From the human T2T-CHM13v2.0 reference genome, Homo sapiens: DNA of 64,000 nt. The stretch lies in assembly GCF_009914755.1 (NCBI RefSeq), contig NC_060931.1. One strand, 5' to 3'. Below the pieces are notes generated by a model. The model was not told where the DNA came from. It saw nothing but the letters and a program-made list of their open reading frames with translations, and did not search any database. The first letter of the stretch is position 1; every line of letters starts with the position of its first letter. The translations under genes and the position numbers were made by a program. Shown here piece after piece: positions 39,214 through 60,791 of the stretch.

Positions 39214-41984
39214 TTTGAGATGGAGTTTTGCTCTTGTTGCCCAGGCTGGAGTGCAATGGTGCAGTCAGCTCACTGCAACCTCTGCTTCCTGGGTTCAAGC
39301 GATTCTCTTCCCTCAGCCTCCCGAGTAGCTGGGATTATAGGCATGAGCCACCATGCCTGGCTAATTTTGTATTTTTAGTAGAGTCAGGGTTTCACCATGT
39401 TGGTCAGGCTTGATCTCGAACTCCTGACCTCAGGTGATCCACCTGCCTTGGCCTCCCAAAGTGCTAGGATTACAGGCGTGAGCTACCACGCCCAGCCCGC
39501 AAGTTGCACATTTTAATATCTCTTTGTTAAATAAAAAAGTTACCACTTTGGACTCTGGATGCCATGCAGTCATGAGGATCACTTTGAAACTAGACATAGT
39601 GCCAAGTGCTTTTCAGAAAAGTGAAGAATTAGATTGAGCAGAGGAAATTTACCTATTTGTGAGTGAGGATGATGGAAGGAGTCTTGGAGAGGTAGTACTT
39701 TTTACCTTCTCTGATCAGTTTCAGGGCTTCTCCTGAGCCTACTGAATCTAGGAGAATTATTTACAGATTACCCAACCTCACATTTGAAGCTCTTAGTTTT
39801 ATTTTGTCATACTACTACTCCACTTACATCATTAACTTGCTTGGGAGAGAGACAACCCATTAGTGGCTCTGTGTGTGTGGTTTTTGTTTTTCTTTTTAGG
39901 TTTTTTTTTTTTTTTTTTTGAGATGGGGTCTCACTATATTGCCCAGGCTGGACTCAAACTCTTGAGCTTAAGTGATTCCTCCTACCTCAGCCTCCCAAAG
40001 TGCTGGGATTATAGGCGTGAGCTGTTGTGCCTGGCCCTCTGTATAGTTTTTCAGGATAAGAGATCATATTCATTTCTTAGCTGGATACGCAGGGTTCTTC
40101 TTGAACTAGTCCTTGTCTATTCTCATCTCTGGCACATCCTCCACTCCTTTAACTGTTCTGAATTTTAGTAATTCTTTTTCAGTCTGTTCTTCGTAAACTT
40201 CAGTGAACATAAAATTGAAGGTGTTTATTAAAATGTAGATTTCTAAGCTCAATCTTTAAACATTCTGGTTCATTACATTTAAGTAGAGCTGTGAAAAGTA
40301 ACATCTTGCACTACAGGTAATTGTGCTGCTGGTTGTCTGTAGATCATGCTTAGAGAAACGTGCTTAAATGTGTCATGTTGTTGTTATCTCTGACTGCATG
40401 TGTGCTTTCTGTCTGGAATACTTTCTCCATCTCTTTGCCTTCTCTATTTCATGGACTTGTTAAATTGCCATTCTTTAAAACTTGCTTAAATGTGACTACT
40501 ATTATGAAGGCTCCTGTGCATACCTCTGATGGCACTACTGTAATTATTGTTACACTTGTTTGTTTGCCTGTTAGTTTCTTAAGAAGAAGGATCACTTTTT
40601 TTTTTTTTTATTTCCAGCATTTGGTACAGTATCTCACTGCCTGGTGCTTACTGTGTGCTCAAATGTTTATTGATTGAAAGAAAACTATATTATTGTAAGT
40701 TCCTTGAAGGCAGAGACAGTGTCTTATCTTTGTATCTCTGATGGTTGCTAGTGAACATTAAGCCCTCAATATTTGTTTAATCAGTGCTATCAAAGTGGTT
40801 TAAATGGATGTAGTCTCCAGGGGTCTCTGAGCTTTTTGATGTTTTAAAAATTTGCTATTTAATTTGGAGCTAGGAAAAAAAATTAAGTATATTTAGAATC
40901 ATTCCGGATGACTACCATTTTATACCAAATGTTGCCATGAGATTTCAGTGCAAGTACTTGAATTTGTGTCAGATGTTTATGTTATAAACACACAGAGAGG
41001 TACAGTTTATTGTGAAGTTTTTCTAAATCCAAACCTCCAAAGGAAAATCTGGCTCTATCTATTACAAGGGTTTAGACATTACTTGCTTTTGAGAGACTGC
41101 TTACATGAATAAACACTATTCCTGAAGTCTGACCTTTACATGCTACTTGAAGATTCCACCTGCCATGTTTTCTTGTCTTTTTGCATATGCATGGGGTATT
41201 GTCTTCCTCCAGCATTACTGGGTTTTTCCTATATGTTATTTGTAGTAAATTTCTTTTACTAGGGTGATAGGTTCTGTCTCCTCTAGCAAAATTAGTGATT
41301 TATTTAAAACAGGTGTCATTGGGCTTGTACATAGAACCACTCTATTGGAAGTTTGAATTATTGTGAACTAAAGTTATAAAACAATTTTTAAGGAGCTTCA
41401 GACAGAGTATTTGTAGTTGTACTTGAGAACAAATTCTGAACAAGTAAGTAGTGTAATGTATCTGTGTAAGGCATTATAGTTGAGAAAATGCATTTTCACA
41501 TCCTTTATAACATTTGAACTTCATATTGCTGGGAAGAAGGTAAAACAAATATCCTTATTCCCACTTTACATATAAAAAACCTCAAGTTCAAGAGAGGTCA
41601 ATATGGCATTCTTTCTACTGGAGAAAATGCCTCGTTATAAAAGAGTTTGGAAGAAAAAATAATAGATGCATGACAGAAGATTGTTAGCAGAGCACAAAAA
41701 TAATTGTGTGAAAAGTAATAACAATACAGTAAATAAGTGCTTCATGAATCCTAAAATTATGGAGTTGAAGCAGTCAAGAAAGGACTCTTAAGAATACTTG
41801 AAATAAACCTTGAAAAATGTGTTGAAATTAAGGAGTAAGGGTTAAGAGTTATTCTACAAATAGGGGTTTAGAAATGCCCAGGACATCTTTGTGAGTGGGA
41901 GGAAAAGCGATAGACTACTATTCTTGCTGGCACCCAGTGTATAGAGATTCTAAATGTAAGATAAAAATGCTTGGAGAACTTTTT

Positions 41985-43200
41985 TATTTCCACTTTTTAG
42001 TATGGAAATGCAGATATATACATGACAGTATGTAAAACAGAATAGTAATCCCAGTTGGCCGTTACTTAGCTTCAACAGTATTCAAAGTTTTGCCAATCTT
42101 GTTTCATCTGTCTTTGAGTTGTTTTTTTTGTTTGTTTTTGTTTTGATACAGAGTCTCACTCTGTCAACCCAGGCTGGAGTACAGTGACATGATCATAGCT
42201 CACTGCATCTTCAACTTGCCTGTCTCAGGTGATCCTTTTGCTTCAGCCTCCTGAGTAGCTGAAGCCTAGGACTATAGGTGTGAGCCACCATGCCCAGCTA
42301 ATTTTTTCATTTTTTGATAGAGGTGGGATCTTGCTGTGTTGCCCCGACTGGTCATGAACTTCTGGCCTCAAGTGATCCTCCCTTTTGGCCCCCAAAAGTG
42401 CTGTGATCGTAAGCGTGAGCCACTGCGCCCAGCCTCTTAAGTATTTTAAAACAAATTCCCATTTCTCTCATGTATTATTTCACCCATGTATTATTCAGTA
42501 TCTATCACTAACAGTTGAGGACTTTTTTGTTCTGCTACAGTACTATTATATAACAAAATTAACATAAAGTATCCAGTTCATCTTCAAATTTTCTCACTCG
42601 TCTCAAAAATCTTTTTGTGATGTGTTCAAATTGGGATCCGATCGAAATTCACACATTGCGTTTGCTTGAAATGTCTCTTGAATCTCTCTTCATCTATAAC
42701 AACCCCCTCTTTTAAAATTTGTTTTCCTTTGTGCTGTAGACCTGGTGAAGAAACTGGAAAATTCAGCCTATAGAAGTTTTAACATTCTGGAGTTGGCTGA
42801 TTGCCTCCTTCTGGTGTCATGTAATATTCTACTTCCCCCATATTTCTGATAAACTGGTATTTGGATTTAGAGATATAATTAGCTTCGAGTTCTGTTCTTT
42901 TCCTTTTCTCTTTTTCTATTTTTCTTTTCAGTATGATATTTTATAGGTGGGACTGTGTGCTTCTTATCACATAGCATTAGGAGAGGCAAATAAAGCTTGG
43001 TTGTCTAACTCCTAATGATGATATTAATGATCAACAGATTCAGGTGTTGTCATCTTATCTACCTATCAACCTTCTACCTAAGAGTCTTAGCATCCATGGT
43101 TATTTGTTGCCCAGATATATAACCTCTTAAGGGTTGCAGTTTAGTTATTTTTCTAATTTATTTATTCCTTCTGCATTTTTTAGCTGTTGGGGAATTTCTA
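41985..43200 (-). mobile_element. Old L1M (MC5/ME-like) 3' fragment with a nested AluJ (42122-42434)
   Basis: L1M 3' UTR motifs (tttgccaatcttgtttcatct; gatttagagatataattag; tatcacatagcattaggagaggca). Boundaries approximate. Confidence 0.6.
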
Positions 43201-43430
43201 AAAGAAGCAGTCAGCACCTAAGTATTGGCTTATGTATTAACAAGAGAATATACTTACATTTTAGTTTTAGAGCTGAGTTGCATGTTAGAATCCCCTTTTA
43301 TGCATTTCAGTTGTTCTACTTGTTGGAAACAGAATTCAGAGTTTTGAAAAGGTGACTTCATCTACAAATTATGGTGGTTTTGACCATACCTTATTGCTTA
43401 TATATTGGGAATAATTTCATTACCTGCTAC

Positions 43431-43458
43431 TAGGTTGGTGCAAAAGTAATTGCAGTTT
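43431..43458 (+). mobile_element. MADE1/Hsmar1 solo terminal inverted repeat
   Basis: taggttggtgcaaaagtaattgcagttt matches the Hsmar1 TIR with one CpG decay. Confidence 0.85.
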
Positions 43459-44647
43459 ATTTTTGACCATTTTGAAAATTTTGAACATTTTGAATTCTTG
43501 GAGTATGCAATGAATATCTTTTGGGAAATTTCCCATGGATAAAGAGAAAATCTTTTTTGGATTCAGTGATTTTAGAACATATACATACTTCCTGCTGACA
43601 GGCTAAAAGAAAAAAAGAACATACAAAGCAGTATATGAATGAGTATAAACCACTATATAAGCTCTTCACTCTCTAACTGAAGAGTAAGATATCAAAATTA
43701 TGTATGTGAAATCTCATTTTTCTATAGAATGAACACTGCATCATGGATTATGTTTTGATACATAATTATATAAACACTTCTGTAAATAATTATGAAGTAT
43801 AACACTTAGAAATGTAACACTTCTGTCCTTACATTTGGGAAGAAGGAAAAAGAAATTCATGCTAGTTTTGCTGTTGGACCTCAGACTGCAAAAGTTATGG
43901 CTGCTACTCCAAAATATCCAAGTTTTGCCCACACCTTTTAGTAACATGTTTTGCAGAGTTTGATCTAAATTTTTAAGAGTGAATCTTTGTGCTCTGGCCA
44001 CAGTTCCTGCATGTTGCTTTAATAATAGTACTGTAAATCGTTGCTAAAACTTCACTTCTTCCTTCTGTGTAATTTTTAAAGAATTTAAAAAGTGTCACTG
44101 TTGTAATCAAAGGCAGTTTGGTAGTATCAGTTTTATGTACATTTACCCTTTTGTTCAGCAATAGTAGCTACAGGAACTCATGTTATAGAAATACTACCAT
44201 TTATGCAGAAAAGATAAATGGATGTACATTTGCAGTAGTACTTTTAATAGTGACAAATAGAAATAATGTCAATATTTACCCGTAGGGGAAATTGTTAAAT
44301 AAATTTATATTCATATAATGAAATAAGCAATTATTACCAAGAATAAAGTATATATGTTGACATTTAAAGATGGAAAAAGTAAATCATGAATACATATATT
44401 TTCGGATTTTAAAAAGCAAAAATTGTGTAGATATAATGATGCATAGAAAAGTTTAGAGAAAGATACATGGCAATATTAACATGAGAATGTTTGGGAGTTG
44501 GGTGGAGACATAGTCTTACATTTTCTTATTACTGCTATATTTAGATTTTCTACAATCAGCATGTATTAATTTTGAAATTAAGAAACATTTCTTTTAAAAT
44601 AATGAATAATTCTTAATGTAACAGCATAGACATTAGCTGAATATTGA

Positions 44648-44949
<302 letters not shown>

Positions 44950-44970
44950 TGAATATTGGTTTTCAAAGTA

Positions 44971-45689
<719 letters not shown>

Positions 45690-46791
45690 TATTCAGAACA
45701 TAATGGAGACTCTTCACAATCTCCTTTAGAACCATTAGATAACCTCAGTTTGTATCTCCTCTTTTTGCTGATTCTGGCACACAGCGCTTACAACAGCAGC
45801 CACTGAGAGCTAAATTGAGACTTCGTGAAGGGATGACAGTATATTAAGAAGCAGTTGACTGTAAAAAATGTTTTTTATGCTGCTAGTCTCATGACTAATC
45901 AGAATATAACCACTAAATATCCTTAAACTAAATAATAGTGCAAATAGTACTAAGTTCTAATGTAAAGTTTTAATAGGAGGTAGGATAAAGATTGTCATGA
46001 AAAATTTTTCAAGTGATGTTATAGTTTTGTAAAATAAAGGCACAGAAACAAATCATGTTATTGAGTATTTGCAAGGGAGAGATTAATTTTAGTGTGAACT
46101 GACCTCAGATGTAGGTTCACAACCTTGTTGATCAATAGGAATTAACCAAGTAGAGCTCAGGAGGATTGGTAAGAGTAAAGAAGTTGGGAAAGTGATGTAT
46201 GTAAAATGCTAGGCCAGGGAGCTTGTAAGTCAACAACAGTGGGCAAATTGTATCAGTAGTTGATCAGTCTCCATCATCTAAGACCAGAATTGCTCATCTT
46301 ACAGATAGCTGTTTATGTTTTTTTTCAGGTATAAATCCTGGTTTATTTTGAAACTTCCTATTACTTAAGTTTACTGACATTTCCAAGGCTTTATTATATT
46401 AATATCTGGTCACACTCAACACATGCATATATTTTTGAACACTGAAATGCATACTTCAGTTCCATTTGAGGTCCATATAGATTCTGTGTGTTTTAGTCTT
46501 GCTTAAATTATTTCTACTACTTCTTTGCACCCCTTTGCTAGTTTTCTCAGTGCCGTAGGGTTTATTAAATAATAATTGGACTCTAGTAATTTTTTTTAAT
46601 GAGAGAGAGGGAAACTATATTTGAAATTGGATTGGGACATTTATTTTACTTAAACAGAAGTTTGCTTATGACACATAATCTAGATGGGATATATCTTATC
46701 TATAGTGTATCCACCTGCTGTAAGTAGATACTGTATTTGTATAGCCATTATTTTGCTGTAAGTACTTTATCATTTTAATTAAATTGATTAA

Positions 46792-47019
<228 letters not shown>

Positions 47020-47966
47020 TGATACTGTGCTTGAAACGGCATGTTTGAAAAGCATGGTTGTTTCATACTATCAAAATAATTAGGCGTTTAATTTTTCATT
47101 AACCATTAAGCGATTAAAGTTCTATAAAAGTGAACTGTTTCTCTTATTATTTTGCAATTTATGCTGTTAATAGTTTGATATTATATTTCTTTACTTCCTA
47201 AAAGAATGCAGATAAGGTTGTATTGTACTACCTACTATTAATTTTGAATTATATAGTAATTAATTTTGTTTTAATTTTTTGATTTTTAGTTTTTGAATTA
47301 TATAGTAATTTATATAGTAAATTTTATAGTTACCATTTATTGAGCCCTTGTTATGTGTCAGACATATATTATTTAATCATTAAAAACAACTTCATGAGAT
47401 GTAGTTTTCATCTTTTATTTCATAGGTGAGAAAATAAAAGCCTATCTAACTTATTAAATATTGCATATCTAGTAAGAGGCAGCATTTAGATTCAAACGTA
47501 ATTACATAACAACACATTTATGATACTATGGAGGTAGAATTATGAGATACTTACTACTTGGACCAGAATAAAAATTACTAAATTTAAAAAACTATATTAT
47601 ATGTTTTATAGTGATAAATATGTCTTGTTTTATTATTCTTTAGGCTCCATATTTCTGAGATGTGTGTTTTTCTTTTTCTTTTTTTTTTTTTAACACTTCT
47701 ATTCTCACATCTTAATACCTTCTTTCATCTTGGAGGTGGAGCTATGTATGTGACCATAGGAACGTGAAGATATCTTATGATTTGGTAGGGAGGGAATGAA
47801 ATTTGGATGTGAATGTGACCACTCCCACTTTGTAGATAGATATATTCACTTACTGCTGTGGTTTAATAACTGGCTTCACCAAGTCATTTTTTTAATGGTA
47901 TTAAGGAAGGAATGAGCCAGTCTCATATCTCTTGAGTATTGAAATTAAGGGTTGAATTTTATTTAA

Positions 47967-48263
<297 letters not shown>

Positions 48264-48844
48264 TAAAATATTTTACACCATTATTTTATTTTTCTTGAAT
48301 GCTGATAACCTTTGGTAATGTTGGAAAAGATAACTAAAGTCACTTTCAAGGGAATTAATGGATACATATTTTAAGTGGGACTTCTACTATTGATGCAGTC
48401 CTAGAAAAAGCCTCCTATGTGAAAAAAGAGTTTACTAGAAATCCCTGTTGTTAACTGAGTAATAGACAGTCAGTTCTGAACTTTTTTTCATGTAGGATCA
48501 CATTTTTCTGTTCACTTAGTTCAATAGTAGTACAAGTACATAAACATAGCAGTAGACAAGATAGAAATGAGAGAATTTAGTCTTTTGTATTTCCTTTGGA
48601 ATAATTTGTGCTTAGTCAACTGTGATTTTCCAGTTTGCGGAAATTAAACATTTTCATTGATGTTTGTTTGACCTGACTCTCTCACCTCCTTTTGACTTGA
48701 ACCTTGCAGCACTCTGGAGTCTCCTTGAACCAGAACCACAGTCTCCCCTCCCCCAACCCTGGTTCAGCCACCAAGAAAGGCCTCCTCCCCTAGAGAAGGT
48801 GTGATTGGGACAGAAAGTGGGGTTTTGTATCATTTTTTTTTCTT

Positions 48845-48846
<2 letters not shown>

Positions 48847-48881
<35 letters not shown>
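48847..48881 (+). repeat. T35 homopolymer not attached to an Alu
   Basis: Read directly; embedded in unique C-rich/G-rich sequence. Confidence 0.95.
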
Positions 48882-48882
<1 letters not shown>

Positions 48883-50165
48883 ACTGGGGGGAAGGATTTG
48901 GGGAGGATGAAGAGGGAACAGTAGGATTTCAGCCTGAAAGTTACTGAGTTTATCCCCTGCATAGGGTGGGAAGCGCAGAGTACTTACGCAGTGCATTGTA
49001 GAGAGCAAGAAAGTTGGGGAGCTTTACAGAATTTCCTGGGTCTGGTCATTATGGTGTTGCTTAATTATTTGATGTGATGCAGTATGGCATATACCCATAT
49101 TTGAATGTAAGTATAAAAATGGACCCTAAAGCCAAGTATTACTTTGAATTACTTGTAATATTATCCCCATCTATTAGATTAGGTGATTAGGAGTTGAATA
49201 TTATTGATACAAACATGCAGTTAGCATTATGTTTCAAAAAGTTTGTTTACTCTTGCCAAAAAATGAGAAATTCAAATATTAAGTGGAATGTAAAATTTGA
49301 TATTTTTATGGAAAGTTGTAATATTAACACTGAGTTTATCTTAATAATAAAAACATATTGTAGTACCTTTCCAAATGTAAAAATAAACTTTCATAACCTG
49401 TAATACATTCTACCATGAATAATGACTTCAGTAAATTTATTTAGGAGGTAAATTAAAAAACTAAAAATAACTTCAGTGACACTTTGCTTTCCTCATAGTA
49501 GAAAATGTCAAATCATATTGTAGCCAGTCATATAGAAAAGCTTTCTCTTGGCTGATTTTGTCTAATGTGATAAATTACATACTTTGGTATGTAATTTTTA
49601 TTTTAATACATAATCTTAGCAGTGTTCTTCTTTTGATATAACGGCGATGGTCTATATATAAGATACAGTTATCTCTATTAGAGAATAGTAAAATTGTCCT
49701 TAGGAGTTTTTATATCCATCTACAAATTATTGAAGGACCAGTTCACAGTTTTTGGATTATTCAAGTTATTTGCTTCTCAGAGAGTACTTTTTGTTATGAC
49801 TCTAATATTTGTTACTCTGTTTTTCTGTTGCTCAGCCTGTAGTCTCCTGGAAGGCTCTATTCTAACTTTACGTTGGCTCATTATTTTTACATGTTCCTAC
49901 TACTTATACTCATCTCTTTGAAGTCTGACATCCACAGCTCTGATTATTTATTCATATTCTAGCTTTGTTTCTTCTGTTGTCTGCATGACATCATTACTTG
50001 CCCCACAAATTTAGTTTAATTTGTTATTCTAACCCTTGTCATTTGTGCTACTTTTCTTTTTCACATCTTTTTTCCACTTTGATATATATTTCACATTCTG
50101 TCAGTTCTTGCCCCAACATTCTCAGTTGAAAAGTAAAGAACAACACAGTAGCAGTTAGTTTGGTA

Positions 50166-50496
50166 CAGTAGTCCCTCCTTTCCCTGGGGTATATGTTCCA
50201 AGACGCCCAGTAGATGCCTGAAACTGCAGAGAGTACTGAACCCTACAGTACTTTGTTTTTTCCTATACATAAATACCTATGATAAAGTTTAATTTATAAA
50301 GTAGATGCAGTAAGAGCTTAACAACAATTGTAACAGCATACTGTAATAGAAGTAAATGTGGTCTTTGTCTCCTCTCTCTTTCCTTCTGCCCCCCTCTCTC
50401 CCTCTTCCTGAAAATATCTTAATATTTTCAGACTGTGGTTGAACACAGGTAAATGAAACCACGAAAAGCAAACCATGGATAAGGGGGAAGCTACTG
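50166..50496. mobile_element. MER44A (Tigger7-derived MITE)
   Basis: TIRs cagtagtccc...gggggaagctactg, TA TSD, MER44 body. Confidence 0.85.
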
Positions 50497-51387
50497 TAGT
50501 TATATATTAGAAGTAGTTTATTCTTATGTAAGGAATAACTAAGACTTTTTGGAGTCAGGCATATATATCAACTTCAGACAAATTAGTCTTGGCAATAAAA
50601 TACAATAGTAACAAATTGAGAAATTTGCCTCAAACTGGTCCATGTATTCTATTAAAAGTAATTAGGTTTAATCTCTGTCCTCATAGAATGCCTCTTACAT
50701 TCTTTAACTTATTTTTCTCTGGCGTTAATTCTGGTTCTGCCCTCCTTTAACTCAAGTGTGGAATGTTGGAAATGCCTCTTTAGTTGGTCTTTCTGCTTGC
50801 AGTTTCTTCTTTGAATTAATACTACATGCCACCAAAGCACCTGTAAAAAATTGTTACCTGTTGACAGAGGAAATTTACACATGTCTGCACATTCCAAGTC
50901 CTAAGTAATCTGACTGTACTTCATTAATCCAATTTTAACCTCCTTCTATTTCTCAAAATGAATATTTCTCTTCATATATGTTGAGCGCCTTGTGGCCACT
51001 TTCTCTTCATATCTGATAAATGATATTTGATAAATGTTGCTACACTGATAGCTTACTATTTCCCAAACGAGGTTCGAGTCAAGTTCATTATTCTCCAAGG
51101 TGCTTTTCTCATTAATTACAAATAGTGTGGCCGTCTCTACATTGTGATTTCTAATAATATTTGTAGAATAAATTATACATTTTATATTTTAAAATTGTAT
51201 CTGCTTTAAAAATTTATGTATCCTATATTTATCCTCTTGCTTTTGCATCTCAAAATTTTATCGCCTTGAAGACACGTTTCTATGAATTTCTCAGAGTACC
51301 TTTTAGGAGTACTAAGCTCAAAGTAGGTGCTTATTAAATGATAGTTAAATGGAATATCAAATCTTAATTTAAGGATGACTTAAATAA

Positions 51388-51501
<114 letters not shown>

Positions 51502-51593
51502 TAAGTTGCACATATCTGATAACATTGCCAGTAATTTTACTGAGGTAATACTAGTTAACAGAAATTCCTTTATGAATTCGAGTTAAAAAATTA

Positions 51594-58128
<6,535 letters not shown>

Positions 58129-58328
58129 ATCAGAGTGAAATGGAGTCATCTATCTGGCATCTACTGCTACTATTAGATTGTATGTAAACTGTATTGCAAG
58201 GGATTTTGTATATATTTTATACTGTTGGTTTTTCACTGAGAACATTAAATAAATTAAAAAGTTTATCACATTTAAGACAGATCTGCTTCATGTATTTGAT
58301 AAATAATTATGCTAATTTTTTAATGTAG

Positions 58329-58387
58329 GAATTTGGATAAAGAGAGGGCAGTGCTACTACAACGCCGGAAAAGGGAAAATATGTCAG
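58329..58387 (+). CDS. KMT2E: KMT2E exon 7 (NLDKERAVLLQRRKRENMS, 59 nt)
   Basis: Acceptor ttttttaatgtag; donor G|gtaggt; frame continuous. Confidence 0.96.
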
Positions 58388-59309
58388 GTAGGTAAAAAGG
58401 ACCTACACTAAATTAAAATTCGTGTGATTGAGAGAATAAACGGTTCTCTCAACTTTTAGTTAAATGTAAATATTTTTAGTTAAATGTAAATACCTTGTTG
58501 ATGAATGTTGATTGTACAGAGAGTATGCAATCTCTGGTATAGATTTCAAGTATTTTTTTTTTCACGTATTATAGAATAAATATGTACTTTGGGAAATAAA
58601 ATGGAAATGAGAGGAAAATAAATAATTTAAATCAGCCATAATTTTCCTACACATAGCTAACCTGTTGGTTTAAAAAAGTAAAATATGTTTGTTCTTCAGA
58701 AAGATATGATCCATTAGTTTATCATGTAGAATAGTACATCTTTTATTTATAGGAACAGAATTTTCTAACTTCTGTGTAACATATGCCACAATTTTTATTT
58801 TATCTTAATCATGTTGATACCAGTACTCCTGGTTTTAAATAATCATAATTTATTCAACTATTCCTCTTTGATGGAGATTTGGATTGTTTTCATTATTTCT
58901 GCTTTGTTTTATTTTTGTTATTAAAAACAGTATCCTCAGCAAGACCCTCTTGCATAAGTCTTTTTGTACTTTTGCTGTTTTATCTTTGGCTAGATCTCTA
59001 ATAATGAGATGGCTGGGTCAGAAGGTATGTACATATATAATTTTGCTAGATATGGCTGAATTGTCCTTTGTAGGGAATTTCAAATTTCCACTCGTAGTGT
59101 ATGAGAGTGCTGTTTCCCACAGGCACACCACCAGAGTGTGTTATCAGGCTTTTGGATCCTTTCTAGTTTAATGTGTGAGAAATCATATTTGTGCTTTGCA
59201 TGTAAATGTGTAAGTGAGGTGAGTGAACAAGTTAAAAAATGTGCTTATTTAGAAAGATGGAGACGACAATACTTTGTCATATGGAATGCTGTTTTATTTC
59301 ATTGTTTAA

Positions 59310-59561
<252 letters not shown>

Positions 59562-60391
59562 TAGCGGATAGGGAACTGAATTTTATAGGAGAGGCAGGAG
59601 AGTGAGAATAATCGATGATAGCTAAAAAGGATCTAGCAGAAGTTTTTTATTTTTAAACAATTAAACTTACTTGAACATTTTAACGTGTTTTAAAGATTGA
59701 AGCAGATTAGAGAAGAAACTTTGCAAACTGCTTTGAAATCATTTAATGAGATGAGTCACTATAATGCAGAAGCAAAAATAAAATAGAAAGCCTTCATAGT
59801 TTTCTGTACTACCAGGATTGTATTCCTTTCACTTGTCTGTCTGACATAATCCACTTAGCTTTTCTTCCCCATGTTTTACATAACGGTTCTTTGCCTCCTT
59901 TTTTTTTTTTTTTTAAACCTTGCTCTCTTGTAACGTATTGTCTACACACAAATTTATTTATTTGGATCTATATTGCTAGCTGTAGGTTTGTATTTGTTAG
60001 TCACTCTAAATGGAGTTCACACTTTTTAGGGGGTTGAGGGGGATAGGAATTAAGTCTTAAATACATCCTTCAGATCTGGCAGATGAGTGGGCTCTCGATA
60101 CATGTTTATTGAGTAAATACAGCTCTGTTTACCACAGTGCATATTACTTAAGGCCCATTATGGGCTCAAATATTACTTGCTAGTTGCTTAGAGAATTAAA
60201 GTAATATCATTATTTTACTCCCTCCCAAAACATGTCTTATCACTTCAACAAAATTATATGTCTAACACCCTCCCAATTTTTATCAGAAATATTTTTCCAC
60301 TGTTGTAATATTGAACACAGAGAATATTTGGAAATTTTTGTCTTTGTATTATATTATATACAGATTTTTATATTCTATATAGTCTATATAC

Positions 60392-60560
60392 TTTTTTTTT
60401 TTTAAAGACAGGATCTTGCTATGTTGCCCAGGCTGGAGTGCAGTGGGTATTCATAGACTGGCATGGTGCACTATGGCCTCCAACTCCTGGGCTCCAGTTG
60501 ATCCTCCTGCCTCAGTCTCCTGAGTAGCTGGGACGACAGGTGCCCGCCACCACTCTCAAC
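60392..60560 (-). mobile_element. FAM fossil Alu monomer
   Basis: Monomer carrying the FAM-type segment (gtattcatagactggcatggtgcacta). Confidence 0.75.
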
Positions 60561-60752
60561 CACATTCTGTTTTTATTAGAAAAGTATTTTAATAGATGCC
60601 TTTATTAAACATTCTCCTAGTGTCAGCTTTCTTGGTTACCAAATTTTTTGTTATGACACTTCAGTTAAAAGTTTCAATGAACCAATTAATTCTTAAATAT
60701 TAATTATGTCCAGTTTTTTAGGAAACTAACTAGAATTCCATGTTTATTTTAG

Positions 60753-60791
60753 GCATTTCGTGAAGGATCTAGGAAGTCATCAAGAGTTAAG
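60753..60791 (+). CDS. KMT2E: KMT2E exon 9 (AFREGSRKSSRVK, 39 nt)
   Basis: Branch-like AACTAAC at 60724-60730; acceptor tttattttag; donor AAG|gtaaat; phase 0-0. Confidence 0.95.
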
